From a bacterium (GTDB lineage Bacteria; Patescibacteriota; Patescibacteriia; Patescibacteriales; GWE2-39-37): a stretch of DNA of 64,000 bases. Both the position numbers and the translations under genes were made by a program. The notes under the pieces are model-generated. The model did not search any database, was not told the DNA's origin, and saw nothing but the letters and a program-made list of their open reading frames with translations. The stretch's first letter is position 1; each line of letters starts with the position of its first letter. This document shows positions 1 through 10,372 of this stretch, in pieces. Location of the stretch: contig JBAWWA010000005.1 of the NCBI GenBank assembly GCA_037146995.1, forward strand, positions 2,978 through 66,977, given 5' to 3'.

Positions 1-215
1 TGAATTTCCTCAACTGCGGGAATCGAACGAAAATGAAATTTCTTGGCGACGCGCTCAACTGACAAAGCCGTTAAACGATCAGCCAATTGTTTGTCTGGAC
101 GACCAATCGCCTCTGTTGCCTTATAAATAGCACTGACTATCTTGGCTGGATCAAATTCGACAATGGCGCCAGAACGTTTGCGGAGCTGAGTTATTCTTGT
201 ATTTTCTTGTTGCAT
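1..215 (-). CDS. Ribonucleotide reductase, N-terminal ATP-cone region (gene continues off the left edge)
   Basis: Manual translation from the ATG at 213-215 gives MQQENTRITQLRKRSGAIVEFDPAKIVSAIYKATEAIGRPDKQLADRLTALSVERVAKKFHFRSIPAVEEI. This fits the ATP-cone pattern (K-R-x-G-x-x-x-F-D-x-x-KI). It lies 44 nt downstream of nrdR on the same strand. Confidence 0.6.
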   Translation of the reverse strand, partial: MQQENTRITQLRKRSGAIVEFDPAKIVSAIYKATEAIGRPDKQLADRLTALSVERVAKKFHFRSIPAVEEI

Positions 216-259
216 GGGGTGTATTAAAATTTTGCTTTTAAACTTAACTTAACGATAAA

Positions 260-721
260 TTACTTCTTATCTTTGCCAACCAATTTATTTAACTCTTTTT
301 TGAATTCAGCCAGATCCTTGAACGACTGATAGACACTGGCAAAACGGATATAAGCAACTTTATCGATTTTTTTCAGATTTTTCATAATAATGAAACCGAT
401 TTGATGACTAGTTACCTCGTTTTTACCGCTAACCTGTAAATCGCGCTCAATGGCATGCACTAATTTTTTAAAAATCTCATCGGTAATTGGCCTCTTTTCA
501 AGTGCTCGCTTCAGGCCCCTGGTTAATTTTTCTCGATTGTAATTTTCCCGCCTGCCATCACGTTTAACGACCACTAGCTCAAGAATTTCTAACTCCTCAT
601 AGGTCGAATACCTGAAACCGCATTTTAAGCACTCTCGACGGCGACGAATCGAAAAGCCATCGGTCGCAACGCGAGAATCTATAACTTTGGTGTCTTGATG
701 ATAACAAACTGGGCACTTCAT
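260..721 (-). CDS. nrdR: Transcriptional repressor NrdR (zinc ribbon + ATP-cone)
   Basis: N-terminal MKCPVC...ECLKCGFRYSTYE zinc ribbon followed by an ATP-cone. Length of 153 aa is typical for NrdR, and it is adjacent to the RNR gene. Confidence 0.95.
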   Translation of the reverse strand: MKCPVCYHQDTKVIDSRVATDGFSIRRRRECLKCGFRYSTYEELEILELVVVKRDGRRENYNREKLTRGLKRALEKRPITDEIFKKLVHAIERDLQVSGKNEVTSHQIGFIIMKNLKKIDKVAYIRFASVYQSFKDLAEFKKELNKLVGKDKK

Positions 722-750
722 ATTTTATTTCTATTTTTGAGTACAAAAAA

Positions 751-878
751 ACACCATATTTGCTTCAAATAACCTAATATTTTGAGCCAATGTTCGGTGT
801 TTGATATGAGTCTGCTAAATTATCATGAGATACCATATCTTGTGCTTCTTGATTTAAGTATACCACCATATGTGGTAA
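751..878. promoter_or_regulatory. Candidate NrdR boxes upstream of the nrdR-RNR operon
   Basis: Three 16-mers resemble the published NrdR-box palindrome acaCwAtATaTwGtgt: acaccatatttgcttc (751-766), ataccatatcttgtgc (830-845) and ccaccatatgtggtaa (863-878). The last two have centres 33 bp apart. Confidence 0.4.
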
Positions 879-1020
879 TAACAAGCCCCTGTAAGTACGC
901 TAAAATTCGTGGTTTTCCAGAGTTATTAACAGGTGATATTTATAATTTTATTATTTTATAAATATTCACTAGATTTATAATAAAAAATCAATTTTTTTAT
1001 AGAAATAAAATTACCACTTA

Positions 1021-1053
1021 TTCAATAAAACCGCTTAGCGCGGTTTTATTGAA
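1021..1053 (-). terminator. Hairpin terminator downstream of the giant gene
   Basis: Perfect 14-bp stem TTCAATAAAACCGC / GCGGTTTTATTGAA with a 5-nt loop, about 70 nt after the stop at 1124. Confidence 0.5.
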
Positions 1054-1123
1054 TATTTACGTCTTAAATTAAACACTTATCGCCCATCTGGCGCTAAAAT
1101 GACAATTCATACCTATATAGCTT

Positions 1124-4100
1124 TTATTTTAGCGCCATCGCAATGCTGCGCACGAGATTCCAGTCATTCTGATTTCTAGGACCATCCTTGTAAACTGTCT
1201 GATATTTTGCCAAGGCTTCTTTTTGTAATATTTGATCATTATCAGCAGAATTGGACAAGCCATAAGCGATTATATTCAATTGTTCACGACTTTTTTGATC
1301 ATTTTTTGGCCTCATTTTATATACTTGTTCATAGCGTTTTTCCGCCCAAATATTTCTACCCTTAATTAAGTGATCTGGAGTCAAACCATTAGCTATTCTC
1401 AAGACGTCAAACCAATCTTGTGTAGAATCTGGCAATCTTCCATAAATTGCCTCATAAGATTTAAGGAGATAATAGCGCTTATTCCAACTTATTTTTTGAC
1501 TACTTTTTGTACCATAAATAATAAACGTGTTTAACGTGTTAATTTGAGTTTTTTCTGTCATTTTTAGTCCGAAATTTCTGATATATTTTTTCAGGCCATA
1601 TCGCTCACTCATAAGGCTACGCTTAACTCCCAAAGTATTTAAATATATTTTTTTATTTTCCTGACTATTAATCAACGCTTGTGCCTCAAGAGTTAGGCCA
1701 ACCTCTTGATTAATTATTTTTACACCCTGTATTTTTTTTGGCACCACGGAGTCGTTCATTGATTGAATTTTTACCGTTGTTACAGGACTACTAACGCCAA
1801 ATCTAGTATAAAATTTTGCATACAGAGTTTTAATCCCTTGGCCACTACTTAAAAGCCAGTCGATGGTTTCGTGATATGCCTCAAGACTAGCATTCTTAAA
1901 ATTACTAAATTCTGAGATTGCAACTTTTGACACATCTGGGCCACCGATTAATTTTAATCTAATTATCTGGTCGTAAGTCTTTGAGATTTTTTCACCCGCC
2001 CTATTTATAACCTGGATAGCAAATTTCTCAACCTGCCCTTCAGTACCAACTGGTGGACGAGGCGGTTTATACATATCAATATTAATATTAATACTAAAAT
2101 CAGAATCATAATTAATTAATAATGTACCAGATTCTGCTAACTTAAAATATTGATAAACTTCTTCGCCAAAATTATTAACAACCAAGACTCGATCATATAG
2201 GACACCATAAAACTGACTGCCACCCTTGGTAATCTTAATTTTATAACTACCATTTTGATCATAATCCAACCCGACCTCACTAAAGGTGGAAGTAGCCACA
2301 TCTTTAAGAAACAACTTATAAAATGAGCTGGTGGAATTAAGTGGAAGTAGGGTTATGCTAAAAAGATTAGTCTCGAGTTTTTTGGCCGTAATGGTTAGTT
2401 GTGGCTGGTTATCAGTTGCCAAGGGCATATAAAATGCTCCTGCCGTTTTTTGATCAACCTGATTTTCCCCAGGAGTACTAGTTAAGTCAAATTGCGCCGC
2501 AGCATGATCAACAATCTCAATCTCATTCGCAGCCGCCTGAGAAACATTAATAAACTTCAAGCCTACATTATCATTGTTCTTATTATAATTAACAATCAAG
2601 TCTAGTAGCTGAACATCACCCGGGGCTAAATCATCTGACAAGGAAAATCTAACTTCGGTGGTAGTAGCGTGATTAATAAGCTCTTCAGCACCGGTCGTTG
2701 CAATCATTATCGCATTGGGCAAGAATATAGAGGCCTTGGGCTGATAAGCAATGGCTGAACCAACATTTTCTAATCTCACCTTCAAGCGAACGAAATTTTC
2801 TTCATGCGGTGATAATTTTTGTGTCGATAGTTTTTCACCAGTCGATTTACCGATAATTTCAGCAGAATAATTAGTTTCTAGATTTGCTCCAGCGGCCCGG
2901 ACAATCCTGTATTGCGGATCGCTCATGCGTGCTGATTTTGTGAAAGAAAATGAATCAGTATAATCACTCTTTAGATTCTGATTAACCTTATTGTCTCCGT
3001 AGGGCAGATAAACGGAATGAGATCTTACGAGAAGATACAAGACGGCAGTATCAGGACCGCTGATTTGAGGAATTGGAAATTCACTAATTCCATTATCAGC
3101 CAAGCTTAAATTTATCTTTTGATTACCATTTTCAAGACTGGTTGTTGAAAAACTATAAGCTTCACCAAAATCATTACGACTATAGAGATTTTTTAAATTG
3201 GATTGTCGCAAAACCGGATTATTAGCAGCCGCGCGAAAGTTCTGTAATTCAGACCAAGAAATTCGCTTCACCGTCAGCGGATCAACGCCGTTCGGCATCT
3301 CATCGATTACAGCAATATTATGCGAATAACCACTAGTCCGAAAAACTTTACCCGCTCGACTGCCCTGATCTGTCGCATAAGGCACGCCAAAACGGATACT
3401 GGGTAGATTTAATTGATAATCGTGACTAACCGGATCATGTGGATGGCCAGGATATTTATCAAAAAACTTTGGCACTAACGAAACATTTATATCATAGGTC
3501 TTACCGCGCAGACTAGCAGGTAAATCACTGGAAACCTTTAAATCAATTGCGTATGTTCCCTTATAACCGTCGCGGATAGTTGTAACATTAATATTATCAA
3601 AATCAAACAAGATGCCGGGCGTACCAACATTGTGCGTCGAGGGCATAATCTGCACATAATCACTAATCTCAAGTGGAATAGCGAAGTTTAGAAAATTAAA
3701 GCTTGTTGGCTGCTTTATCGCGTGCTTAGTTTTAGACAATAAATCATTGGCACTAATCGCTTCAGCAGGTAGATCAATTGACTCGATCGCCATCTGCCCA
3801 TCAGTGCTTTTAATCAGATTCCAATCATAACCAGAATTGTTAAATAATTCTAACTTGACTGTCGTCGTATCGCCAGGCTCAAGAATACTACCATTAGCTT
3901 TAAGATTATTGGCCACACCAACTTGAATGGACGTGACCGCATCACCAAAACCATAATTCTTTAGATATGGCGATTCAGTAAATTCTCGATCGGTCTCAAC
4001 TTGATCGGCAATGGTAATTAAATGATAAATATCAGAATTAAAGGTCGGTACCTCAACCGGAATGATTTCTTTGTTCATGGTTATATTACTTTGCATAGCC

Positions 4101-7100
4101 TCAATAACATTCACAACATTATCAAGCACCAGAAAGGAATTTGGTCCATTGGCCGGATTCCAATAGGTAAAGCGGCCACCGTCATTAATTTTGGCAAAGC
4201 CCTCAAAATTTACCCCAGAAATCGGATTAAGCTCAGAAACAATATTTATGGTCTCTTTGGCGCCACCACGCAAACCCACACCAAAATATAGCCAATCTTT
4301 AGCATCGGTCTTGACCACATTGTTAAACTCATGAATTGTAGCTGGGTCATAAAGCAAATTACCACAATTATACTCAGTCAAACGAGCATCATTTTTCTCT
4401 AAATCTGGCGCAATCGGCACCACATTATTAACATAGACATTATTTGGATAGACAATTTTAGAATTAACTGGATCGACTTTCGCTCGACTACGATTAAACA
4501 AACAAGCATAAATATTGTTCATGGCTGCAGCCGCTTGCGGATAAGTTTGATCCATTTGATCAATGCGCACCATTTGTGTACCGAGCAACGATGACTTATC
4601 AATTGAAATACTATTTATGGACGCCTGCCCGACCAAAAGGGTATCATCCTTATTTTGCAAATTATCGCTCATCCAACCAGTAATCAACTGCCCATCAACA
4701 TTATATAGTTGTGATTGGTAATTAGGATTATAGGACAAGCTATAACCAAGCCCCTTGTAAATCGGCTGTGCGACAATATTATGAGGCCGTAGTAAACCGT
4801 TGCGAACATTATCCATATTTGGTAACAGGTTGTCCATATGATACGAATAGCCCTTGGAAAAGGCGCTATCGTCATAATCATAATGAGTCAGGCTCCACAT
4901 GGGCTCAGTAATATATCCCGTCGGATAATAATCAGCCACGGCTTGAGAATAATTCCAATTTCCTACCTCGCCCGAAGGACGTCGTGAAATTGTCGGCGTA
5001 GTACTTGATATTACAGGGCAATTATTTTCATGCTCACAGGTCGAAGCAGTTTTAATTTCATCACGCTGAATAGGAGTCAAAAGCTGGTTGCTAACTAAAT
5101 CCCCTTGGCTCTGGTAACAAACGCCGTAAGTTGCAATATTTGATCGATGCAAATAGGCGTTTGCGACAGTTGTTGAGGCAAAAAAATTTGAAACGGGCAA
5201 TACAAAATACTTACTAGATAAACCGTTGGCTAAATTAGCGTTTAGCAATACTTCGTTCGCCTTGCAAACTGTCGGCTCAAAATATTTTGGATAATTATTA
5301 AGAACTTTAACTTTGTATAGTACCTCTGCCTTTCGGTCACTCGCCCACTCAAGCTGTCGAGCACCAGAGGCTTTGTCACGTACTTCAAAGGTTGTGTTCA
5401 TCATAAAGTTACGCAAAGGTGGTGGGATTGGCGGCACATCAGGCATGACCGTCCGAATCGGGGTTGACCACTGTCGCTTCCAAATATCCTGATAATCAAC
5501 CCGAGCTGTTTCCTGGCTTGAGGGAATCACTTGCTTAATCCCAGTTTGTAAATATTCACGAAATGGAATCGAAGAGGCACCAATATTAGAAAAGGTCGAA
5601 AAACCACCATTACTCAAAACTAATCCTGGATCTGAAACTGGATGATTTTCCGCATAACCATAAACAGTTCGATGAGCTGCTAACTCTTGAATGTAAACAC
5701 CGTAACGAACAAAAGGCTCAAAGTATTCATATTTTTGGAAATAACTTTGATCACTTTGTGCACCGCGTTTTAAGCGAAATTTCATAACCAAGCTCGGCAA
5801 ACTCAAGAAAGGCTTTTTAGTTAATTCCAAATTATCAACAAAGACTGCTGACGTATAAACTGTCATATCTCCAGGACGACCGATGTCATAGTCAAGCTTT
5901 TCCAGCCCTGCTGTAATTGTAATTGGCTTATCAGTGTTAAGCCCTTCAAGATTTAAACGCAAGACATCTGGCTTGCCATTAGTCTGGTCCGGCATCTTAC
6001 CACGAATAAAATCAACCCTAATCTTACTAGTGCTTGCTTCAAAATTAATCTTACGGACAGCGACGTGATCAGCGGATAAAGTAATTAAACCGCTAGCAAT
6101 TGGATCAGCAGAAAAATTTACCCCATTAGGCAAAATAAAGGTAAAGCGCCCACCCTTCGGATTTGAACTCTGATCAAGTAGAAAATCAACTGAATGGGCT
6201 TTTATAAATTTAACCTCTGGGTAATTTTTATATTCTCCAGTTGTCGTGCTAAAATATGCCAGATCGCTAGCCTCTCCAATCTGGTCCTCACTGGCCACCG
6301 GAAATAAGTAATGAGAAACTTTAATTTTACCACCCGAGTAATTTTCTATTTGTGAATAATCTATTTTGGTCTTGTTATTCTTACACTGAAGGGCATTGTC
6401 ATATTCATTGGCCTTAATCCCGCCAGCCTTCGTATCATTGAAATATCCAGCAGTCAAAATACCTTTAGCATTACCGCAAGTTGAACTGGCGAAACGATCA
6501 ATCGTCAAATACGCATTTTTATCAGTAATGCCTTCAGGCAAGGGATAATTTTTGTTCGGATAAAAATAAACATCATTGCGAGCAAAAATCAAATTTTTCT
6601 TGGCCACTAAACCTTTTTGTAAATCAACGGGAATATTGCCACCATAATAACTAGCAGCTCCATTGGGCTTGGTCGTGTCAATGTAAACAAGTTGTCGTTG
6701 CGTTGCCTGCTCATAATAATTACTAGCATCAGCAAAATATAATTGTTTAGCCGCCAAGCTTTCACTATTTACTGTATAGGCATAATCTTTGCCAATAATT
6801 TGCTCAATACTTTGTCCCTGGCAGCCAGTCGCTGCCGGTAAACCAGCTGCACTTCGATTCATTAATATTGTTTTGACGGGCGTATCCCAGTCAGCTGACA
6901 AAGTGACGTCACTACATTTTAATGACTGATAATCTATATAATCATGATCTCGTTGACCCTCAAGCGAATTTATAAAGGGAAAGACAAAAGAATTTGCCGT
7001 TTTTCTGGCTTGATAATAGTTATCAGCAAACTCCAACGTATAGGCAAGAGAGCCCTGATTATTACCGTCGACCACGGGTGAAATTAGTGGCACAACCGCC

Positions 7101-8920
7101 ACATGCTCCACCTCATTAGCATTAGTATCCTCTTTGTTTTCGGCCGTTAAAACATTATCTATATAAACCCCCTCACCCTTCAGAGGATAGAAACTCGAGG
7201 GATCAGGATTGTACTCTGACCTTATCTCGGCACCACGATAAGCCGTCAAATAACTACCGCCCGTCTGTAATTCCTCGGCTTCACCACTGGAGCGCAAATA
7301 AGTTATTTTTGCCGCCGCCGCCAGAATACCCCATTTTTTCTGTGTAATCGCAGCGTCGACTATCTTAAATTTAAAATCATAAGTCGTTGAAGCAAAACCA
7401 GCCAACGCAGACTGCGTACAGTCAATTTTTGAACTATAAAACTGGTTGTTCAGATTAGTCAGTATGCAACCGCTTGGTAAACTTTCCTGATCGTCAACTG
7501 AAATGCCTTTGGCTACATTAACAGAAGCCAAGACATTATGAATCGGCTGATTGAAATAATTAACAAGCTTCAACTCTCCGTTGAGAATTACATTGGACTC
7601 AAGCGCAGGTATCACCGTCTCATCCAAGGCCGGATTAGTCTTTTGAACGACTTTCAAATTTGCAATAATGTCCTTAGACATAGCACCAAAGACAGCATCT
7701 AAGACATAAGGATAATATTTTTCCGCACCCGAGGCTGGCTGTCCAGCCAAAATATAGGCCCCGCCCTGCCCAAACTTTTTATAACCAAGAGCCAAGGCTT
7801 GACCAACTGGTGTTGAAGTGGCACGCAACGATGTTCGGTCCTGAAAATAATAATTACTATCACCGAGTAAATCCAAATTAGCAATATCTATCAAGTCCGG
7901 ATCAACTTCTGGTCGCACGAAAAACGAAGACAGGAAGTAAGTATTAAAATAACCATTTTCCGGAACTTGACCTAATTGCAACAAGTGGCTTTCAAAATCA
8001 ACACCATTTGTAAACAGTAGCCGACCCTTATTTTGTTTATGCTTTATAAGAATTTGTTGCTCAACAGAGTTTATAGCCAAGATGCCTGCCTGCTCGAGCA
8101 GGAGGCTTGATTTACCAGAGGAAATTACCACTCCGCCCTTGTTTACAAAATCACTGATCGCCGCTAAACCACTCGAGCCGAGCTCGGCAATCGTTACGCC
8201 CTCTAGGCCCGAGGTAATGTCAGGTAAAATCAAGATCTTAAAAAAGGGGTTATTAGCATTTAATAACTTACCACCCTGAATATCAGCCGCATTCAACATA
8301 ACCAAACTTGAAACTTCCTTATTGGGAACGTTGCTATCATTTTGGTAAGCTTGAAAATCTGCGAAACCGTGAAAACATTGTTCATGTTTAGCCAGATAAG
8401 TGTGCAAAATGTGGCAATAGGCCTCAGATTCATAAGTCAAATGACGATTTTGCCCATTAGTTATTTTGGAAATATCAAGTATGGCCATCGAACCATCATA
8501 CAAGGCCCGAGCACGGCCAATATCAATTGTCGTTGATGATTTCAGAAAAGCAAAGGCACTGGCCCCTAATTCAGACAGCTTTTCCGGCTTTAAATCAAAA
8601 ACAGCACCACCAAAAAATTGGGTGCTGCTGCCATGTTGATATGAAAAATTCTCAGGATAAAGTAAAAACTTAGAGCTATTAGGTAGAATTTTTTTAGCGA
8701 TAAACTGGTAAGCGTGCTGCAACTTGCTGTAATCACCTGATTCTACCTGATCAGCACCAAGACCGATAATTGTCGGCTCATTAAGCGCGGAACCCTGCCC
8801 CGAATTAACACCTGTAATAAACTTTTCAGCTAAAACAATCGGAATATTATTTACTGTCAGACTTAAAAGCAAGAAACAATTAATTGCAAATTTAAATTTT
8901 TTAGAAGTATTTTTCTTCAT
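1124..8920 (-). CDS. Giant secreted / cell-surface protein (about 2,598 aa), function unknown
   Basis: Uninterrupted ORF. The likely start is the ATG at 8918-8920, giving MKKNTSKKFKFAINCFLLLSLTVNNIPIVLA (basic n-region plus hydrophobic signal peptide). The C-terminus has three copies of a Y-x-x-(V/I)-Y-x-x-x-P-x(4)-DW-x-x-V-x-x-IA motif. Confidence 0.8.
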   Translation of the reverse strand: MKKNTSKKFKFAINCFLLLSLTVNNIPIVLAEKFITGVNSGQGSALNEPTIIGLGADQVESGDYSKLQHAYQFIAKKILPNSSKFLLYPENFSYQHGSSTQFFGGAVFDLKPEKLSELGASAFAFLKSSTTIDIGRARALYDGSMAILDISKITNGQNRHLTYESEAYCHILHTYLAKHEQCFHGFADFQAYQNDSNVPNKEVSSLVMLNAADIQGGKLLNANNPFFKILILPDITSGLEGVTIAELGSSGLAAISDFVNKGGVVISSGKSSLLLEQAGILAINSVEQQILIKHKQNKGRLLFTNGVDFESHLLQLGQVPENGYFNTYFLSSFFVRPEVDPDLIDIANLDLLGDSNYYFQDRTSLRATSTPVGQALALGYKKFGQGGAYILAGQPASGAEKYYPYVLDAVFGAMSKDIIANLKVVQKTNPALDETVIPALESNVILNGELKLVNYFNQPIHNVLASVNVAKGISVDDQESLPSGCILTNLNNQFYSSKIDCTQSALAGFASTTYDFKFKIVDAAITQKKWGILAAAAKITYLRSSGEAEELQTGGSYLTAYRGAEIRSEYNPDPSSFYPLKGEGVYIDNVLTAENKEDTNANEVEHVAVVPLISPVVDGNNQGSLAYTLEFADNYYQARKTANSFVFPFINSLEGQRDHDYIDYQSLKCSDVTLSADWDTPVKTILMNRSAAGLPAATGCQGQSIEQIIGKDYAYTVNSESLAAKQLYFADASNYYEQATQRQLVYIDTTKPNGAASYYGGNIPVDLQKGLVAKKNLIFARNDVYFYPNKNYPLPEGITDKNAYLTIDRFASSTCGNAKGILTAGYFNDTKAGGIKANEYDNALQCKNNKTKIDYSQIENYSGGKIKVSHYLFPVASEDQIGEASDLAYFSTTTGEYKNYPEVKFIKAHSVDFLLDQSSNPKGGRFTFILPNGVNFSADPIASGLITLSADHVAVRKINFEASTSKIRVDFIRGKMPDQTNGKPDVLRLNLEGLNTDKPITITAGLEKLDYDIGRPGDMTVYTSAVFVDNLELTKKPFLSLPSLVMKFRLKRGAQSDQSYFQKYEYFEPFVRYGVYIQELAAHRTVYGYAENHPVSDPGLVLSNGGFSTFSNIGASSIPFREYLQTGIKQVIPSSQETARVDYQDIWKRQWSTPIRTVMPDVPPIPPPLRNFMMNTTFEVRDKASGARQLEWASDRKAEVLYKVKVLNNYPKYFEPTVCKANEVLLNANLANGLSSKYFVLPVSNFFASTTVANAYLHRSNIATYGVCYQSQGDLVSNQLLTPIQRDEIKTASTCEHENNCPVISSTTPTISRRPSGEVGNWNYSQAVADYYPTGYITEPMWSLTHYDYDDSAFSKGYSYHMDNLLPNMDNVRNGLLRPHNIVAQPIYKGLGYSLSYNPNYQSQLYNVDGQLITGWMSDNLQNKDDTLLVGQASINSISIDKSSLLGTQMVRIDQMDQTYPQAAAAMNNIYACLFNRSRAKVDPVNSKIVYPNNVYVNNVVPIAPDLEKNDARLTEYNCGNLLYDPATIHEFNNVVKTDAKDWLYFGVGLRGGAKETINIVSELNPISGVNFEGFAKINDGGRFTYWNPANGPNSFLVLDNVVNVIEAMQSNITMNKEIIPVEVPTFNSDIYHLITIADQVETDREFTESPYLKNYGFGDAVTSIQVGVANNLKANGSILEPGDTTTVKLELFNNSGYDWNLIKSTDGQMAIESIDLPAEAISANDLLSKTKHAIKQPTSFNFLNFAIPLEISDYVQIMPSTHNVGTPGILFDFDNINVTTIRDGYKGTYAIDLKVSSDLPASLRGKTYDINVSLVPKFFDKYPGHPHDPVSHDYQLNLPSIRFGVPYATDQGSRAGKVFRTSGYSHNIAVIDEMPNGVDPLTVKRISWSELQNFRAAANNPVLRQSNLKNLYSRNDFGEAYSFSTTSLENGNQKINLSLADNGISEFPIPQISGPDTAVLYLLVRSHSVYLPYGDNKVNQNLKSDYTDSFSFTKSARMSDPQYRIVRAAGANLETNYSAEIIGKSTGEKLSTQKLSPHEENFVRLKVRLENVGSAIAYQPKASIFLPNAIMIATTGAEELINHATTTEVRFSLSDDLAPGDVQLLDLIVNYNKNNDNVGLKFINVSQAAANEIEIVDHAAAQFDLTSTPGENQVDQKTAGAFYMPLATDNQPQLTITAKKLETNLFSITLLPLNSTSSFYKLFLKDVATSTFSEVGLDYDQNGSYKIKITKGGSQFYGVLYDRVLVVNNFGEEVYQYFKLAESGTLLINYDSDFSININIDMYKPPRPPVGTEGQVEKFAIQVINRAGEKISKTYDQIIRLKLIGGPDVSKVAISEFSNFKNASLEAYHETIDWLLSSGQGIKTLYAKFYTRFGVSSPVTTVKIQSMNDSVVPKKIQGVKIINQEVGLTLEAQALINSQENKKIYLNTLGVKRSLMSERYGLKKYIRNFGLKMTEKTQINTLNTFIIYGTKSSQKISWNKRYYLLKSYEAIYGRLPDSTQDWFDVLRIANGLTPDHLIKGRNIWAEKRYEQVYKMRPKNDQKSREQLNIIAYGLSNSADNDQILQKEALAKYQTVYKDGPRNQNDWNLVRSIAMALK

Positions 8921-9240
8921 ATTGATTAAGTTAATAAATGCTGAGTCCAAAATAAAGAGCCCCCAATGAAGGCTCATGACTGCTTTGAACACAATTGCTC
9001 GCATTTGCAAACAAAAAAAATAGTTCAAAGTGACCGGTTGCGCCACTGGCTCCATATAATCCCAGGCGCCCAATATGGATTATAATTCATTGCCTTCACT
9101 TCTCTTATTAGCCTATTCCTGAATAATTAAAATGTCAAGAACATTTATGTCTCAACATCAAGTAATGTTAATTACTCAATAAACTTATAAATTAATTATT
9201 CAATAACTCAACTTGGATAACTACAATTACTTAAATAAAC

Positions 9241-9268
9241 AAAAAATAGGGTGTGCCCTATTTTTTTA
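9241..9268 (-). terminator. Stranded ancestral ftsZ terminator (bidirectional A6-hairpin-T7)
   Basis: aaaaaaTAGGGtgtgCCCTAttttttt lies about 50 nt downstream of the orphan ftsZ 3' fragment in attL. Confidence 0.45.
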
Positions 9269-9315
9269 TAACTATATTTACTTAAAAAACCAAGTGCCTG
9301 ACTGCGGCGATAAAT

Positions 9316-9344
9316 TACATCATTTTTTTCCGAATAAATGCTGG
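9316..9344. repeat. attL: 29-bp direct repeat (orphan copy of the ftsZ 3' end)
   Basis: tacatcatttttttccgaataaaTgctgg matches 56740-56768 with 23 nt identical, then one mismatch, then 5 nt identical. The reverse complement reads CCA GCA TTT ATT CGG AAA AAA ATG ATG TAA, i.e. PAFIRKKMM*. Confidence 0.85.
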
Positions 9345-9370
9345 ATAGCACTTTCTTTCTGATGAATTGC

Positions 9371-9401
9371 GAAAATCCACTATAATCTCACTTGGATTTT
9401 C
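9371..9401. repeat. Inverted repeat between the att core and the integrase (possible recombinase arm site or hairpin)
   Basis: GAAAATCCA (9371-9379) and TGGATTTTC (9393-9401) form perfect 9-bp arms with a 13-nt spacer. Confidence 0.5.
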
Positions 9402-9427
9402 AATTTACACCTCAATTATAGCATACG

Positions 9428-9461
9428 GGTGGGGGTTGGCAAGTCCAACCCCCACCTTTTT
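9428..9461 (+). terminator. Rho-independent terminator insulating the prophage from host-side read-through
   Basis: 12-bp GC-rich stem GGTGGGGGTTGG / CCAACCCCCACC with a 5-nt loop, followed by TTTTT on the plus strand. It abuts the integrase stop. Confidence 0.6.
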
Positions 9462-9463
9462 GG

Positions 9464-10372
9464 CTAAAAATTCATCAATCTTTTATGAATCTGCTTCAAC
9501 TCCGGATTAACATAATGAGTGTATACTTGAGTACTCCGCAGATCACTATGCCCCAAAAACATCTGCACCGCCCGCAAGTCTGCTCCATTCTTCAACATAT
9601 GAGTGGCAAATGAATGCCGAAAACTATGCGTAGAAATGTCGCTTCTTAACCCTGCCAACTTAACATACTTCTTGACCACCTCCTGAGCTGACCTCTTGCC
9701 AATCCTGCCTTTATTAAGCTCGGTCCATTCATTTCGCCTTCTGGTGAAGGTAAACAGTGCTGGGTAATTATCCTCTCTAGTTTTTAGATACTCACCAATC
9801 CAGTAAATCGCTCTATCATTAAGATAGACTGTTCTAATCTTATCAAACTTGCCCTGCACTATTATCTCCCCATAATTTATATCAATGTCCTTATTAAGCT
9901 TAATCATTTCCTCAAGTCTCATGCCAGTCGCAAACAAAACCTCTAAAATCGCTCGATTTCTCTTGCCCTCATTATTAAAGGTATTAACTGTACGAACCAT
10001 TCGCTCAAATTCATCCTGATTGAAAAAAATAATCCGATCATCTGCCCGCACGCCCTTTGGCACTCGTGATGGGGCTAAAGCCTTAATTCCCTTTTTCTCC
10101 ATGTATATCAAAAACATCCTAATCATCTTCAATTTCTCACTCACAGTGGATAACTTAATTTTACGATTCTTTTGATAAGCGTGATCCGTGTCCAATAAAT
10201 GCTTCTTGTATTTCAAAACCAAATCCTCGCTTATTTTCCGAACCTCGAGATCACCTGTCCATTCATAAAAATGTCGAAAATGATGCTCGTAGTTTGCAAC
10301 TGTCTTTTTTGAATGATTTTGCTCCACCTCACACCATTCAAAGAATTTTAGCCCTGCTTCCGATATCATCAT
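9464..10372 (-). CDS. int: Tyrosine recombinase / phage integrase
   Basis: C-terminal catalytic signature ...HSFRHSFATHML...GHSDLRSTQVYTH (R-H-R-Y family) and an N-terminal SAM-like core-binding domain. It lies adjacent to attL. Confidence 0.9.
   Translation of the reverse strand: MMISEAGLKFFEWCEVEQNHSKKTVANYEHHFRHFYEWTGDLEVRKISEDLVLKYKKHLLDTDHAYQKNRKIKLSTVSEKLKMIRMFLIYMEKKGIKALAPSRVPKGVRADDRIIFFNQDEFERMVRTVNTFNNEGKRNRAILEVLFATGMRLEEMIKLNKDIDINYGEIIVQGKFDKIRTVYLNDRAIYWIGEYLKTREDNYPALFTFTRRRNEWTELNKGRIGKRSAQEVVKKYVKLAGLRSDISTHSFRHSFATHMLKNGADLRAVQMFLGHSDLRSTQVYTHYVNPELKQIHKRLMNF

Noticed and set aside
8921-9073. A 51-codon N-terminal extension of the giant ORF (MGAWDYMEP...)
   Set aside because: The internal ATG at 8920 gives a textbook signal peptide. 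The extension is hydrophobic and aromatic junk with no start context.
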